A stretch of 57,107 bases of DNA. Origin: Deinococcaceae bacterium. GTDB taxonomy: Bacteria > Deinococcota > Deinococci > Deinococcales > Trueperaceae. The stretch is taken from assembly GCA_040256005.1 (NCBI GenBank), contig JBDZWC010000002.1:1-57107 (forward strand). The letters are read 5' to 3'. A program made the translations under genes and the position numbers. The notes under the pieces were generated by a model. That model ran no database searches. It saw only the letters and a list, made by a program, of their open reading frames with translations, and had not been told where the DNA came from. Every line of letters starts with the position of its first letter. The first letter of the stretch is position 1. Below, piece after piece: positions 1 to 15,948 of the stretch.

Positions 1-22
1 CCCAGGGCAGGTTCGGCGGCTG

Positions 23-1224
<1,202 letters not shown>

Positions 1225-1228
<4 letters not shown>

Positions 1229-2367
1229 GCAGCCACCGCGCGGCACCGCTCGACGACGACGGCGAACCGCTCGGCCGCCGCGAGCACTTCCGCTTCCGTC
1301 GTCTCCCTGCCCAGGCTGAACCGGACGCTCCCCTTCGCCTGTTGCGGCGAGAGGCCCAGCGCGATCAGCACGTGGCTGGGCTCGAGGCTGCCCGCCGCGC
1401 AGGCCGATCCCGCGCTTACCTCTACCCCGGCATCGTCCAGCGCCATCAGCAGGCTCTCGCCGTCCACGCCCGCCACGTTCACGTTGACGTGCTTGACGCC
1501 GCGCAGCGCCTCGGCGCCGTTCAGACTGACGCCGGGCAGCGCCGTCAGCCGGTCCTCGAGGAGCGCCCGAAGCCCAGCGAGCCTGGCGCGCAGGTCTTCC
1601 CGCTCAGCCGCGGCCAGCTCCACGGCGACCCCCATGCCGACGATGGCAGCGACGGCGTGGGTGCCCGGCCTGAAGCCGCGCTCCTGCGCGCCGCCGGCCA
1701 GCAGGGGCGCTACCTCGAGCCCCGGCGCCATCACCAGGGCACCCACGCCCTTGGGCCCTCCCACCTTGTGGGCCGAGAGCGCGACCGCGTCCGCCGCCAG
1801 TGCGCGCAGTGAAACGTCCTCGAGTCCCAGGCCCTGCACCGCGTCGCAGAAGAACAGGGCACCGGCTTCGCGCGCGACCTCGCCGACCGCCTTCGCGTCG
1901 AGTAGCACGCCGGTCTCGTTGTTCACCAGCATCAGCGCGACCAGCGCCGTGGTGCCCGCCCGCTCCAGCGCTGCGGACAGATGGGCCGGGCCGATCTCCC
2001 CGCCCGGTCCGTGCTCGACGTACTCGAGGTGTCGCCCGCCAGCGGACAGGCGCTCTGCCGCCCGCAGCACGGCGGCATGTTCGAGGCGGCTGGTCACCAG
2101 GGAGCCCTCGCGCTTCGCCGTCAGGCCCAGTACCGCGAGGTTGTCTGCTTCCGTGGCCCCTGACGTGAACACCACCTGCTTGGGCCGCACGCCCATGACC
2201 CTCGCGACGCGTTCGCGCGCCTCCTCCACGGCCTTCCGTGCGCGCCTGCCGGAGGCGTGAAGGCTCGACGGGTTGCCGTGCACCGCCGTGAGATACGGCA
2301 GCATCGCGGCCAGAACGTCTTCCCTGAGCGGCGTGGTCGCCGCGTGGTCTAGGTAGATGCTGTGCAT
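1225..2367 (-). CDS. iscS: Cysteine desulfurase (IscS/NifS class I)
   Basis: [32 protein letters not shown]-lysine motif [10 protein letters not shown], catalytic loop SAGSAC; directly downstream of the Rrf2 regulator. Confidence 0.93.
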
Positions 2368-2382
2368 GCTGAGGCCCGACGC

Positions 2383-2853
2383 TCAGACCAGGTCTGTGCC
2401 CAGGAGCGGCAGGCTGGCGGCTCCGTCCGGAGCCATGTAAGGGTGCCTGGCCCTGCGTTCGGCCACGAGGTCCGCCAGGGTGGTCGACCCCAGCACCTTC
2501 CTGACGGCTTGGTCCACCTCGCGCCATAGGCTCTCGGTAGAGCAGTTGCCCACCCTGACGCATGACTCGTTGTCGTCCAGGCAAGCCACAGGCGCGACGC
2601 TCCCTTCCAGCAGCTCCACGACCTCGAGGCTGTCGATCTGGTCCTGCGGGCGGGCGAGCCGGTAGCCACCGCGTGCGCCGCGCACCGACTCGACGATACC
2701 GGCACGTCTCAGCGCCGCGAATATCTGCTCGAGGTACTGCTGGCTGAGCAACTGCCGGTCCGCGACCGTCTTCAGGCTGATGGGCTCGTCACCGGACAGA
2801 GCCACCTCGACCAGCGCGCGCATCCCGTACTGTGCCTTCGTCGAAACCCACAT
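2383..2853 (-). CDS. Rrf2-family transcriptional regulator, IscR-like with three Cys
   Basis: MWVSTKAQYGMRAL, YLEQIF, SVRGARGGYRLA, Cys triad C-x6-C-x5-C; start set at ATG 2853 rather than the ORF-track start 2943, which lies upstream of the predicted promoter. Confidence 0.9.
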   Translation of the reverse strand: MWVSTKAQYGMRALVEVALSGDEPISLKTVADRQLLSQQYLEQIFAALRRAGIVESVRGARGGYRLARPQDQIDSLEVVELLEGSVAPVACLDDNESCVRVGNCSTESLWREVDQAVRKVLGSTTLADLVAERRARHPYMAPDGAASLPLLGTDLV

Positions 2854-2894
2854 GGCTACGTCCTGATCGCCCTCACGGGGCGCTTCTCGGAACG

Positions 2895-2943
2895 ATTCCG
2901 AGTAACTTGGTCGAGTATAGCCGTGACCGTTCGGGAGGGTCAA
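2895..2943 (-). promoter_or_regulatory. Sigma70-type promoter (TTGACC-N18-TATACT) overlapped by an IscR-type operator
   Basis: Minus strand: TTGACC at 2943-2938, TATACT at 2919-2914, imperfect palindrome ATACTCGACCAAGTTACTCGGAAT (2918-2895) resembling Rrf2/IscR type-1 sites. Confidence 0.7.
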
Positions 2944-2994
2944 CGCGCCGAGCGATGCGAGCGGGCAACTCGGCTCCCTACCGGCCGGAGACGA

Positions 2995-3549
2995 TCACCT
3001 CACGGCGGTCTCGAGTGCGCCCTCGAGATAACCCAGCGGGTCGACCGCGCGGTCGCCGAAGCGGATCTCGAAGTGCAGGTGGGGGCCGGTAGACGCCCCG
3101 GTGGAGCCGACCAGGCCGACCACGTCGCCCTGCCTGACGAGGGCGCCGACCGCTACCGACACGGCGCTGAGGTGGGCGTAGCGCGTCTGGCTGCCGTCAC
3201 CGTGATCCAACGCGACGGCGTAACCGTAGGTGCTCCACCAACCGGCGCGCGTGACCACGCCGTCGCGGGCGGCCCTGACCGGGGTCCCCATGGGCGCTGC
3301 CCAGTCGACGCCGGCGTGGTAGCGGTTGCCGTTGACGGACACGTTGCGCCGGCCGAAGCCAGAACTCAGGCGGCCGCTGATCGGCTGCACGAAACCCTGA
3401 GGAGAGATGTCGGCCAGCGCCAGCTCCGAGATGGCGACGGGCAACGCCGCCAGCTGCGCGTCACGCAGCTCCTGCCTCGGGTCGTCGGCGAGGGCGGACC
3501 CCCAGGCGAGCGACACGAGGCAGGCGAACACCAGCGGGCGCGCTCTCAC
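2995..3549 (-). CDS. Secreted M23 family metallopeptidase
   Basis: N-terminal signal peptide; HxxxD (YHAGVD), TRYAHL, GxSTGPHLHFE motifs. Confidence 0.9.
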   Translation of the reverse strand: MRARPLVFACLVSLAWGSALADDPRQELRDAQLAALPVAISELALADISPQGFVQPISGRLSSGFGRRNVSVNGNRYHAGVDWAAPMGTPVRAARDGVVTRAGWWSTYGYAVALDHGDGSQTRYAHLSAVSVAVGALVRQGDVVGLVGSTGASTGPHLHFEIRFGDRAVDPLGYLEGALETAVR

Positions 3550-3564
3550 GCCCGACTCTTACCG

Positions 3565-5244
<1,680 letters not shown>

Positions 5245-5474
5245 CGTCTCTCCGTTCCCGTCAGGGTGTCGTATGGGTCCGTGAGGATTCTCCTGATCGG
5301 GTCGCGCGGTCGCGCGGCTTCCATCGCCCCCACCCGCACGGCGCTGCGCATACACCTGGGCTACCATCCGGGCTCGCTCGGGTCCTTGGGCCTTCGGTCA
5401 ACACATGCCGAACGCCCGACCGTGCCTTGAAGCGAAGCGTTCGAACCGGATTTGCCAGGAGACGCAGCGGCGTA

Positions 5475-5535
5475 TTGACGTGCTAGAAGCCTGCTGCTAG
5501 GTTTGAGTATATGTGTCTGCCGCCGCCTTTGTAAA
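5475..5535. promoter_or_regulatory. Overlapping divergent promoters for ileS (+) and rho (-)
   Basis: Plus strand TTGACG(5475-5480)-N17-TAGGTT(5498-5503) with extended TG; minus strand TTTACA(5535-5530)-N18-TATACT(5511-5506). Confidence 0.55.
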
Positions 5536-5569
5536 GCGGCTCAGGCACGTGCCCGGACCCACCGGGCGA

Positions 5570-5868
5570 GGCCGTGACGGGAACACGCGGGGCGCCATCG
5601 GCGGCCGCACGAGCGAGTCGGGGACGGTGAGAGCCCGGCCGGAGCAGGCGCACCCGTATCCTCCCCGAGCCGCCCCCCGAACCGCCCCCCATGCCGGGGT
5701 GCACAGTAGACGGGGCCGAGTGGCGCGCGTTACGCGCCGGGCTCTCCCGCTAAGGGCGCGGGGCAGCCGTCGAGGCCCGAGGCGTGAGCCCGGGTGAAGT
5801 TGGGTGGTACCGCGCTCACCTACCGGGCGCCCCAACGCTTCTGACCGGAGCGTTGGGGCGTCTGCTTT
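5570..5868 (+). ncRNA. T-box riboswitch (Ile) leader of ileS
   Basis: Stem I motifs AGCGA and GGTGAGA, candidate specifier ATC (Ile) at 5658-5660, AGTA box, GCGTTA F-box, T-box GGTGGTACCGCG at 5803-5814 able to pair with CGCCCC, followed by a competing terminator hairpin. Confidence 0.9.
5828..5868 (+). terminator. T-box attenuator terminator hairpin
   Basis: CGCCCCAACGCTTC-TGACC-GGAGCGTTGGGGCG followed by TCTGCTTT; overlaps the 3' strand of the antiterminator. Confidence 0.8.
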
Positions 5869-5929
5869 GGGCACCCGGCGCACCGGGAAGGACCAGGGGC
5901 GTCGCCACGCCCGGGAGGTTGCAGGAGAG

Positions 5930-8900
5930 ATGTTCCGCGAGGTCAAGCAGCAGATCGACTTCCCTGCCCTGGAGCGAGAGGTCATCGAGTTCTGGAAGGC
6001 GGAGAAGGTCTTCCGCCGCTCGGTTGACAGGCCGGCTCCCAACGGCGACTGGGTGTTCTTCGAAGGCCCGCCCACGGCGAACGGCAAGCCCGGCGTGCAT
6101 CACGTCATCAGCCGCGCCTACAAGGACCTCTTCCCGCGGTTCAAGACCATGCAGGGGTACCGCGTGGGACGCAAGGGCGGCTGGGACACGCACGGCCTGC
6201 CCGTGGAGATCGCGGTCGAGAAACGGCTGGGGTTCACCAGCAAGCAACAGATCGAGGAGTTCGGCATCGAGGAGTTCAACCGCCTCTGCCGCGAGGACGT
6301 CTTCTCCAACATCCAGGACTGGAACGCCATGACCGAGCGCATCGGGTTCTGGATAGACCTCGAAGACGCTTACGTCACGTACCACAACAGCTACATCGAG
6401 TCGTGCTGGTGGATCATGAAGCAGCTCTTCGACCGTGGCCTGCTTGTCGAGGACTACAAGACCACCTGGCACAGCCCCTCCTCGAACACGACGCTGGCCT
6501 CGCACGAGGTGGCCCAGGGCTACAAGGAGGACGTTCCGGACCCGTCGGTGTTCCCGAAGTTCCCAGCCCTGCGCGGTGACCTGCGCGAACGCGGCCTGTT
6601 GCCGGCGGGCGAGGACCGGCCGGTCAGCTTCCTGGCCTGGACGACTACCCCGTGGACCCTGGCAGCCAACGCCGGGCTGGCCGTCATGGCCGACGCCGCC
6701 TACGCGCTGGTTGAGGGGCCGCGCAGCGCCGGGGAGCCCGCTGGCTCCGAGCTCTACGTCCTGGCCGTCGACCTCGTCGACAGGGTCATGGGTGAGGAGC
6801 GCGGCGAGGTGCTGGGGACGATCGCGGGCGCCGAACTGGTTGGCAGTCGGTACCATCCGGTGCTGCTGGGAGCCGTCCCCGAGGACGCAGACCTATCCGG
6901 GTCGTACCGGGTGGTCGCGGACGAGATCGTCAGCCTGGAGGACGGGACGGGCATCGTTCACGTCGCACCGGCCTACGGGGACCTCGATGTCGGCCGCCGC
7001 CACGGACTGCCGGCGCTGTTCTCGGTGGACCTCACCGGCAAGGTCATGGACGCTGTCAGGCCGTTGAAGGTCGACAGGCACCCGGAGGAGCCCTTCGACG
7101 CCGCCCTGCTGAGCCGACCGCCCCAGGCCCCCGGCCCGTTCGCGGACACCTGGTTCAAGGACGCCGACGACGACATCACGGCCAGCCTGGCCGAACAGGG
7201 GCTCATGTACCGGTCGGGCACGATCAGGCACAGCTACCCCTTCAACTGGCGCGACTGGACGCCGCTGATGAACGTCGCCAAGCGCAGTTGGTACATCCGC
7301 ACCACGGCGGTGAAGGACCTGCTGCTGTCGAACAACGACGCCATCGGCTGGCACCCGGAGCACATGCGGGAGGGCCGCTTCGGTCGCTGGCTGGAGAACA
7401 ACGTGGACTGGGCGCTGTCGCGCGAGCGCTACTGGGGCGCGACGCTGCCCATCTGGCGCAGCGAGGACGGTCAGAAGGTCGTCTGCGTCGGCAGCGTGGC
7501 CGAGCTGGAGCAGCTCACGGGGCGCGACCTCTCGGGCCTCGACCTGCACCGGCCCTACGTGGACGAGGTCACCTTCCAGGTGGACGGCCAGACCTACCGC
7601 CGCGAGCCGTACACGGTGGACGTGTGGTTCGAGTCGGGCGCCATGCCCTACGCCCAGTGGCACTACATGGGCGAGCAGTCGGGTCCCTCGGTCGCCGAGA
7701 CCCTGCGTCGGAACTTCCCCGCCGACTACATCTGCGAGGCCGTGGACCAGACGAGGGGCTGGTTCTACAGCCTGCATGCCCTGGCCACGCTGCTCACCGA
7801 TCCCGGCGACCCCGCCGCGGGGAGACCGCCGGGCGCGTTGGCGGACATGTTCCCGCCCACCTCAGCGTTCAAGAACCTGAACGTGCTCGGCCACATCGTC
7901 GACGAGAACGGCGAGAAGATGTCGAAGTCCAGGGGCAACGTCGTCGACCCGTGGACGGTGCTGGACAAGCAGGGCGCCGACGCCCTGCGCTGGTACTGTT
8001 ACAGCTCCTCTCCCGCCGGGCAGTCCAAGCGCTTCAGCGCCGCCCTGGTGGAGGAGGTCCAACGCGACTTCTTCCTCACGCTGTGGAACGTGTACGGCTT
8101 CTTCGTGCTCTACGCGAACCTCGAGGAACCAGACCTCCCGAACGCGCCGGCCGCCGCTGAGCGGCCGCTCATCGACCGCTGGCTGGTGGCACGCCGTGAG
8201 GAGTTGGTAGGCGTGGTCACGGCGGCGCTGGAGAGCTTCGATCCCACGACGGCCAGCCGGGCGATCCGCGACTTCGTGGTCGACGAGCTGTCCAACTGGT
8301 ACGTGAGGCGCAACCGCAAGCGCTTCTGGCGCGGGCGCGAGGCCACCGAGGAGGAGCGACGCGACTCCCTCGCCGCCTACGCCACGCTCCATGAGGCGTT
8401 GGTCGTCGTCTCGAAGCTCATGGCGCCCATGGCGCCCTTCACCGCCGAGGAGCTCTACCGCAACCTCGAGCTCTCGGTGCGGCCGGACGCGGAGCCCAGC
8501 GTCCACCTGGCGGCCTGGCCCGAGGCCGACGCCTCGCTCATCGACGCTGGGCTCGTGACCGCCATGCGAGCGCTCATGCGCCTCGTCGAGCTGGGTCGCG
8601 CGGCGCGCGCCGCCGCGGGCGTGAAGCTGCGCCAGCCGCTCTCCGAGGTGCTGGTGCGCGTCCGCGACGAGGCGGAGCTCGCAGGTGTACGGAGCTTCGA
8701 GGACCAGCTGGCCGAGGAGCTCAACGTCAAGGCGGTGCGGTTCCTGAGCGTCACCGACGACTTCGTCGACTACCAGGTGAAGCCCAACCTCCCGCGTCTC
8801 GGCAAACGGCTCGGCAACCGCCTGCCGGCCCTGAGGGCAGCGCTGACGACGGTTGACGGGCGCGACGTCGCGGCGAACGTGCGCGCAGGCAGGCCCACCG

Positions 8901-9346
8901 TCATAGACGTGGACGGCGAGAGCCTCGAGCTCGCTCCGGAGGACCTGCTGCTGGACGCCCGCAGCCCGGAGGGCTACGCGGCGCAGGAGGAGCGCGGCTA
9001 CCTGGCGGCGCTGCGCACCGAGGTCACGCCGGAGCTGCGGCTCGAGGGGCTGGCACGCGACGTCGTGCGGCTGGTGCAGAACGCCCGCAAGGAGGCGGGC
9101 CTCGACGTGTCCGACCGCATCGGGCTGACCCTGTTCGCCGGTGGCGAGCTGGGCGAGGCGCTGGACCGTCACGGCGACGAGGTGGCCGGCGAGGTCCTGG
9201 CCGTGAGGTCGGCCCTGCGCAGCTCAGAAGACGCGCCCGAGCAGGCGCCCGAGGGAGCCCATCTCGAGCGCCACGAGCTAGACGGCATGCCCTTGACGCT
9301 CGTGCTGAGCAAGGTCGAGGAGGGTCGTCCCAGCCGGCCCGGTTGA
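5930..9346 (+). CDS. ileS: Isoleucine--tRNA ligase, type 2 (GVHH signature)
   Basis: FEGPPTANGKPGVHH, GWDTHGLPVE, WTTTPWTL, DWALSRERYWG, EAVDQTRGWFYSL, KMSKS; IleRS2-type C-terminus; ATG 5930 behind AGGAG SD. Confidence 0.97.
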   Translation: MFREVKQQIDFPALEREVIEFWKAEKVFRRSVDRPAPNGDWVFFEGPPTANGKPGVHHVISRAYKDLFPRFKTMQGYRVGRKGGWDTHGLPVEIAVEKRLGFTSKQQIEEFGIEEFNRLCREDVFSNIQDWNAMTERIGFWIDLEDAYVTYHNSYIESCWWIMKQLFDRGLLVEDYKTTWHSPSSNTTLASHEVAQGYKEDVPDPSVFPKFPALRGDLRERGLLPAGEDRPVSFLAWTTTPWTLAANAGLAVMADAAYALVEGPRSAGEPAGSELYVLAVDLVDRVMGEERGEVLGTIAGAELVGSRYHPVLLGAVPEDADLSGSYRVVADEIVSLEDGTGIVHVAPAYGDLDVGRRHGLPALFSVDLTGKVMDAVRPLKVDRHPEEPFDAALLSRPPQAPGPFADTWFKDADDDITASLAEQGLMYRSGTIRHSYPFNWRDWTPLMNVAKRSWYIRTTAVKDLLLSNNDAIGWHPEHMREGRFGRWLENNVDWALSRERYWGATLPIWRSEDGQKVVCVGSVAELEQLTGRDLSGLDLHRPYVDEVTFQVDGQTYRREPYTVDVWFESGAMPYAQWHYMGEQSGPSVAETLRRNFPADYICEAVDQTRGWFYSLHALATLLTDPGDPAAGRPPGALADMFPPTSAFKNLNVLGHIVDENGEKMSKSRGNVVDPWTVLDKQGADALRWYCYSSSPAGQSKRFSAALVEEVQRDFFLTLWNVYGFFVLYANLEEPDLPNAPAAAERPLIDRWLVARREELVGVVTAALESFDPTTASRAIRDFVVDELSNWYVRRNRKRFWRGREATEEERRDSLAAYATLHEALVVVSKLMAPMAPFTAEELYRNLELSVRPDAEPSVHLAAWPEADASLIDAGLVTAMRALMRLVELGRAARAAAGVKLRQPLSEVLVRVRDEAELAGVRSFEDQLAEELNVKAVRFLSVTDDFVDYQVKPNLPRLGKRLGNRLPALRAALTTVDGRDVAANVRAGRPTVIDVDGESLELAPEDLLLDARSPEGYAAQEERGYLAALRTEVTPELRLEGLARDVVRLVQNARKEAGLDVSDRIGLTLFAGGELGEALDRHGDEVAGEVLAVRSALRSSEDAPEQAPEGAHLERHELDGMPLTLVLSKVEEGRPSRPG

Positions 9347-9384
9347 ACTCTGCAGCAGGGGACGTGCGGCTATGATTCCAGTGA

Positions 9385-11614
<2,230 letters not shown>

Positions 11615-11618
<4 letters not shown>

Positions 11619-12244
11619 GCCGCGAGGCCCCCGTTCTCTTCCACCTCGACAGACAGCGTTTCGCCGGGGTGGGCCAGGTGGCCAACCTCTCCGGGGACTA
11701 TACCTACCTGACCAGCGGCTACTACGCCTCGCTGGACGCCGAGCTCGACGGCCTGGCGGTCCTGCCCACCACGCGGGAGGCGCTCGACGCGTACGTGGTC
11801 CCGATCGCCATGGAGAAGGCCCGCCACGCCGGCATACCCGTACCCGTGTGCGAGATCGTCACCGAGCGCTTCCCTCCCCCGCCGCTGCTGGCGTACCCCA
11901 TCAACCCGTTCTCCAGCCGCGGCGAGCTGCTCCTGGATCAGGGCGCGATCGAGTCGCGGCGCAAGGGCCTCACCTACACCGGCAAGTACGCCGTGCTCGT
12001 CCAGCACCTACCGGTGGACCACCGGATAGACGTGCTCAGGCTTGTCATGGGCCGCTCGCAGGTCGAGGAGTACGAGACGCTGGGAGCCAAGCTGTTCGAG
12101 ACCTTCAGGCTGCCGCTGATGAAGGTGCGGATCATCGTCACGACGAAGGAGTACCTGCTCTCGGCGATCGAGCCTCTACCTTTCGGCGAGCTCACCGAGG
12201 ACGACCGACTGCAGCTGGAAGGCATGGGGACGTGGCGCGGCTAG
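11615..12244 (+). CDS. RimK-like ATP-grasp N-terminal (RLAN) domain protein
   Basis: VANLSGDYTYLTSGYYASLDAELDG..VLPT matches the RLAN pattern (INL...Y.YLS.GYY.SL.AEARG...P); TTG start overlaps the pgk stop (TTGA). Confidence 0.75.
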
Positions 12245-13107
12245 CGATCTTCACGGAACGCTACACGATCCGGTCGTCGGTGGAGCTGACGGCCCTCACC
12301 GAGTTCCGACTGGCCGCCTTCGAGCGCGGCCACGAGCTCGACTTCCTCTTCAAGAACGAGCTGAAGTACCTCAAGAACTACGACGGCATCCTGATAAGGG
12401 CCCTGACGGACCCGCTCAACACGACCTACCTGGTGGCGCGTAGCGCCGAGATGCTGGGCAAACGGGTCCTCGACCACTCTGACGCCATCCTCGTGTGCTG
12501 CGACAAGGTCAACATGTACGCGCGACTGGCCGCCAAGGGCGTGAGCCTGCCGGAGACGCGGTTCCTGGAGGAGTCGGAGTTGACGGCGGTGAAGGCGGCG
12601 CGGCTCTTCGAGGAGCTGGGGGCCCCGCTGGTGCTCAAGGCGCCGAACTCCTCGTTCAGCGCTTACGTCGACAAGGTCACGACGCCCGACGCGTTCATCA
12701 AGGTGGGCAAGCGGTTCCTGCGGCGCGCAGACCGCATCGTCGTGCAGCAGTACATCCCCAGTGAGTTCGACTGGCGGGTCATCACGCTGGCCGGCAAGGT
12801 GCTGGCGGTGGTCCGGTACGAGTTCGCCCCGGAGCAGTGGAAGCTGATGGACCGCACCCAGGAAGGTGAGTGGGCCAAGGTGATCGGCGTGGACCGCTCG
12901 GAGGCGCCGGCCGGTCTCATCGACACCGCGCTGGGAGCTTCCAACGCGATCGGCGAGAGCCTCTACGGCGTCGACATCAAGGAGATCGACGGCGAGTACT
13001 TCGTCATCGAGGTCAACGACAACCCCACGATCGCCGCCGGTGAGGAAGACCAGGCCAACCCCGAGATCTACGGCGAGATCATCTCGCATCTCGCCGGCGA
13101 CGACTGA
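12232..13107 (+). CDS. RimK-family ATP-grasp ligase
   Basis: CCDK, PLVLKAPNSSFS, QQYIPSEFDWRV, YGVDIKE, IEVNDNP (ExN); GTG start at 12232 overlaps the 3' end of the RLAN gene. Confidence 0.88.
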   Translation: MARLAIFTERYTIRSSVELTALTEFRLAAFERGHELDFLFKNELKYLKNYDGILIRALTDPLNTTYLVARSAEMLGKRVLDHSDAILVCCDKVNMYARLAAKGVSLPETRFLEESELTAVKAARLFEELGAPLVLKAPNSSFSAYVDKVTTPDAFIKVGKRFLRRADRIVVQQYIPSEFDWRVITLAGKVLAVVRYEFAPEQWKLMDRTQEGEWAKVIGVDRSEAPAGLIDTALGASNAIGESLYGVDIKEIDGEYFVIEVNDNPTIAAGEEDQANPEIYGEIISHLAGDD

Positions 13108-14208
13108 CCTTCCCCCACCTCTCGACGACCACCATGCTCCTGTGGCGAGCGCGGCCGTAGCGGCTCACCTGGTCGAACTCCGACCTGGGCAGCGCCAGGT
13201 TCACGCTGCCCAACCGCCCGTCGTGCTCAAGCACCAGCGGGTCGTGCAGGTACAGGTTCTCCTCGTCGTACCCGGTCATCACGACCCAATGAGGCAGCTT
13301 CTCGGCGTAGAGGCGGTAGCCGGAGACGAGGACGATGGGCACGGCCCCGCGGCGCAGCGCGGCCACTACGTCCTGCACGCCGAACTGGCGGTGCTCGACG
13401 CTGCCACCCAGCCCCTTCAGCTCGCGCTGGAAGGTCTCGTGCGACAGCTGGATGACCTCCTTCTTCTCGCTGTCCCTGACGCTGTCTAGGAACGGCACCC
13501 CGGTGTCCGGCGTCACGACAGTGGCCTGGAACCCGCGGCGCAGGGCCGCGACGGCCAGCCCGTGAGCGCTGCAGCCGCCGTGCCCAGAGAGCATGAAGAC
13601 GGTGGTGGCCTCGCGCCAGAGGGTCAGCTCCAGCCACCTCTCCAGCGGTACAGGGTAGCCGTGCTGCCGCATCGCCATCATCAGGCAGGCCGGCCCGCAG
13701 GTGAAGTCGAGCGACTGCGGGTAGTAGGGCACGCCGAGGAGGGTCGCACCCCCAGGCATGAAGCGCTTGCGCATGCGGATCGCGCCGCCACCGTCCTCGT
13801 AGTAGTCGCTGGCGGCTCCCACGACCTCGTAGCCGTGGTTGCGGTAGAGGGCGATCGCGGGCCTGTTGTCCTCCCTCACCTCCAGGCGGAGGGAGACCGA
13901 GCCGCGCTCCCGCGCAGCGGCCTCGGCGGCTGCCAGCAACGAGCGAGCCACGCCCCTGCCCCGCCACTGGGGCGACACGATCATCGAGTAGAGCCGGGCC
14001 GTCTTGAAACCGCTGCGGAACAGGACGATGGCGTCGCCCACCACCTCGTCGCCCGCCTGCGCCACGAAGATCACGGCGCTCTCGCGCGAGAGGAGCCGGG
14101 AGAGCGAGGCGCGGCTGATGCGGTCGCCGGGGAAGCCTTCCTCGAGCCTCACGAGGGACTCGAGGTCGCGCCTCTCGGCGGTCCTCACCACGAAGCCGCG
14201 CTCATCGG

Positions 14209-14212
<4 letters not shown>
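13079..14212 (-). CDS. GNAT acetyltransferase (RimI-like) fused to a C39-like (DUF3335-type) papain-fold peptidase
   Basis: GNAT: RLYSMIVSPQWRGRGVA, LRLEVREDN..AIALY, YYEDG; peptidase: YYPQSLDFTCGPAC, LWREATTVFM.SGHGGC, PHWVV, HDP; GTG start 14212 overlaps the etfA stop (GTGA). Confidence 0.85.
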
Positions 14213-15150
<938 letters not shown>

Positions 15151-15161
15151 TGCGGGGCCTC

Positions 15162-15917
15162 CTAGATGACCTTGGCCTCGGACCTCAAGAGGCGCGCCAG
15201 CTCCGCCGTGGCCTCCTCAGGCGCTCCGGAGAGGACCTTGTTCATGCGGGGCCTGACCTGGATCTCCTGCGAGACGACGCGCACGCGCGGCGACACCGCA
15301 CCGAGGTCCGAGAGCGGGCGCGCGGCGAGCTCCTTGCGCTTGGCCTTCATGATGTTCGGCAGGGTGGGGTAGCGAGGCTCGTTCAGGCCCTGCTGCGTGG
15401 TCACCACGGCGGGCAGGCCCACCGTGAGCTCCTCCGTGCCGTCATCTACGTCGTGCCGCAGCCTGAGCTCCGAGCCGGCCAGCTCCAGCGCCGTGGTCCA
15501 GTCTGAATGGGGCCAACCGAGGTGCTCGGCGAGCGCCGGTCCCAGGGCGGCGCTGTCCCAGTCGGCCTGCTTGCCGCCCGTCAGCACCAGGTCCGCTTCC
15601 TCCTGCCTGACGACCTCGGCCAGGACACCGGCCAGCGAGATCGGATCGAGGGCCTCGTCCGTGACCAGGTGGATCGCCCGGTCCGCACCCAACGCGAGGG
15701 CCGTGCGCAAGGCGTCCTGGAAGCGCTCGGGGCCCACCGCCACCGCGACGATCTCGACGTCGTGCCCGGCCTCGCGCAGGCGGATCGCCTCCTCGACGCC
15801 GTACTCGTCCATGCCGTCCATGACGAACGTGACCCCGGTCAGGTCCACACGCCCGCCGTCGGCGCGCACGCGCGCCTCGGCGTCCGGGACCTGCCTAACC
15901 ACGGTCAGTACCTTCAT
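15162..15917 (-). CDS. etfB: Electron transfer flavoprotein beta subunit
   Basis: [45 protein letters not shown]. Confidence 0.95.
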   Translation of the reverse strand: MKVLTVVRQVPDAEARVRADGGRVDLTGVTFVMDGMDEYGVEEAIRLREAGHDVEIVAVAVGPERFQDALRTALALGADRAIHLVTDEALDPISLAGVLAEVVRQEEADLVLTGGKQADWDSAALGPALAEHLGWPHSDWTTALELAGSELRLRHDVDDGTEELTVGLPAVVTTQQGLNEPRYPTLPNIMKAKRKELAARPLSDLGAVSPRVRVVSQEIQVRPRMNKVLSGAPEEATAELARLLRSEAKVI

Positions 15918-15948
15918 GCTCTCCTCCGCTCGCCGCGGCCGCGGGTCG

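Noticed and set aside
12232..13107. ATP-grasp as LysX/ArgX (lysJ is in the window) or as a graspetide cyclase
   Set aside because: There is no adjacent lysW, lysZ, lysY or repeat-containing precursor peptide, and the RLAN/GNAT-C39 context points to a different subfamily.
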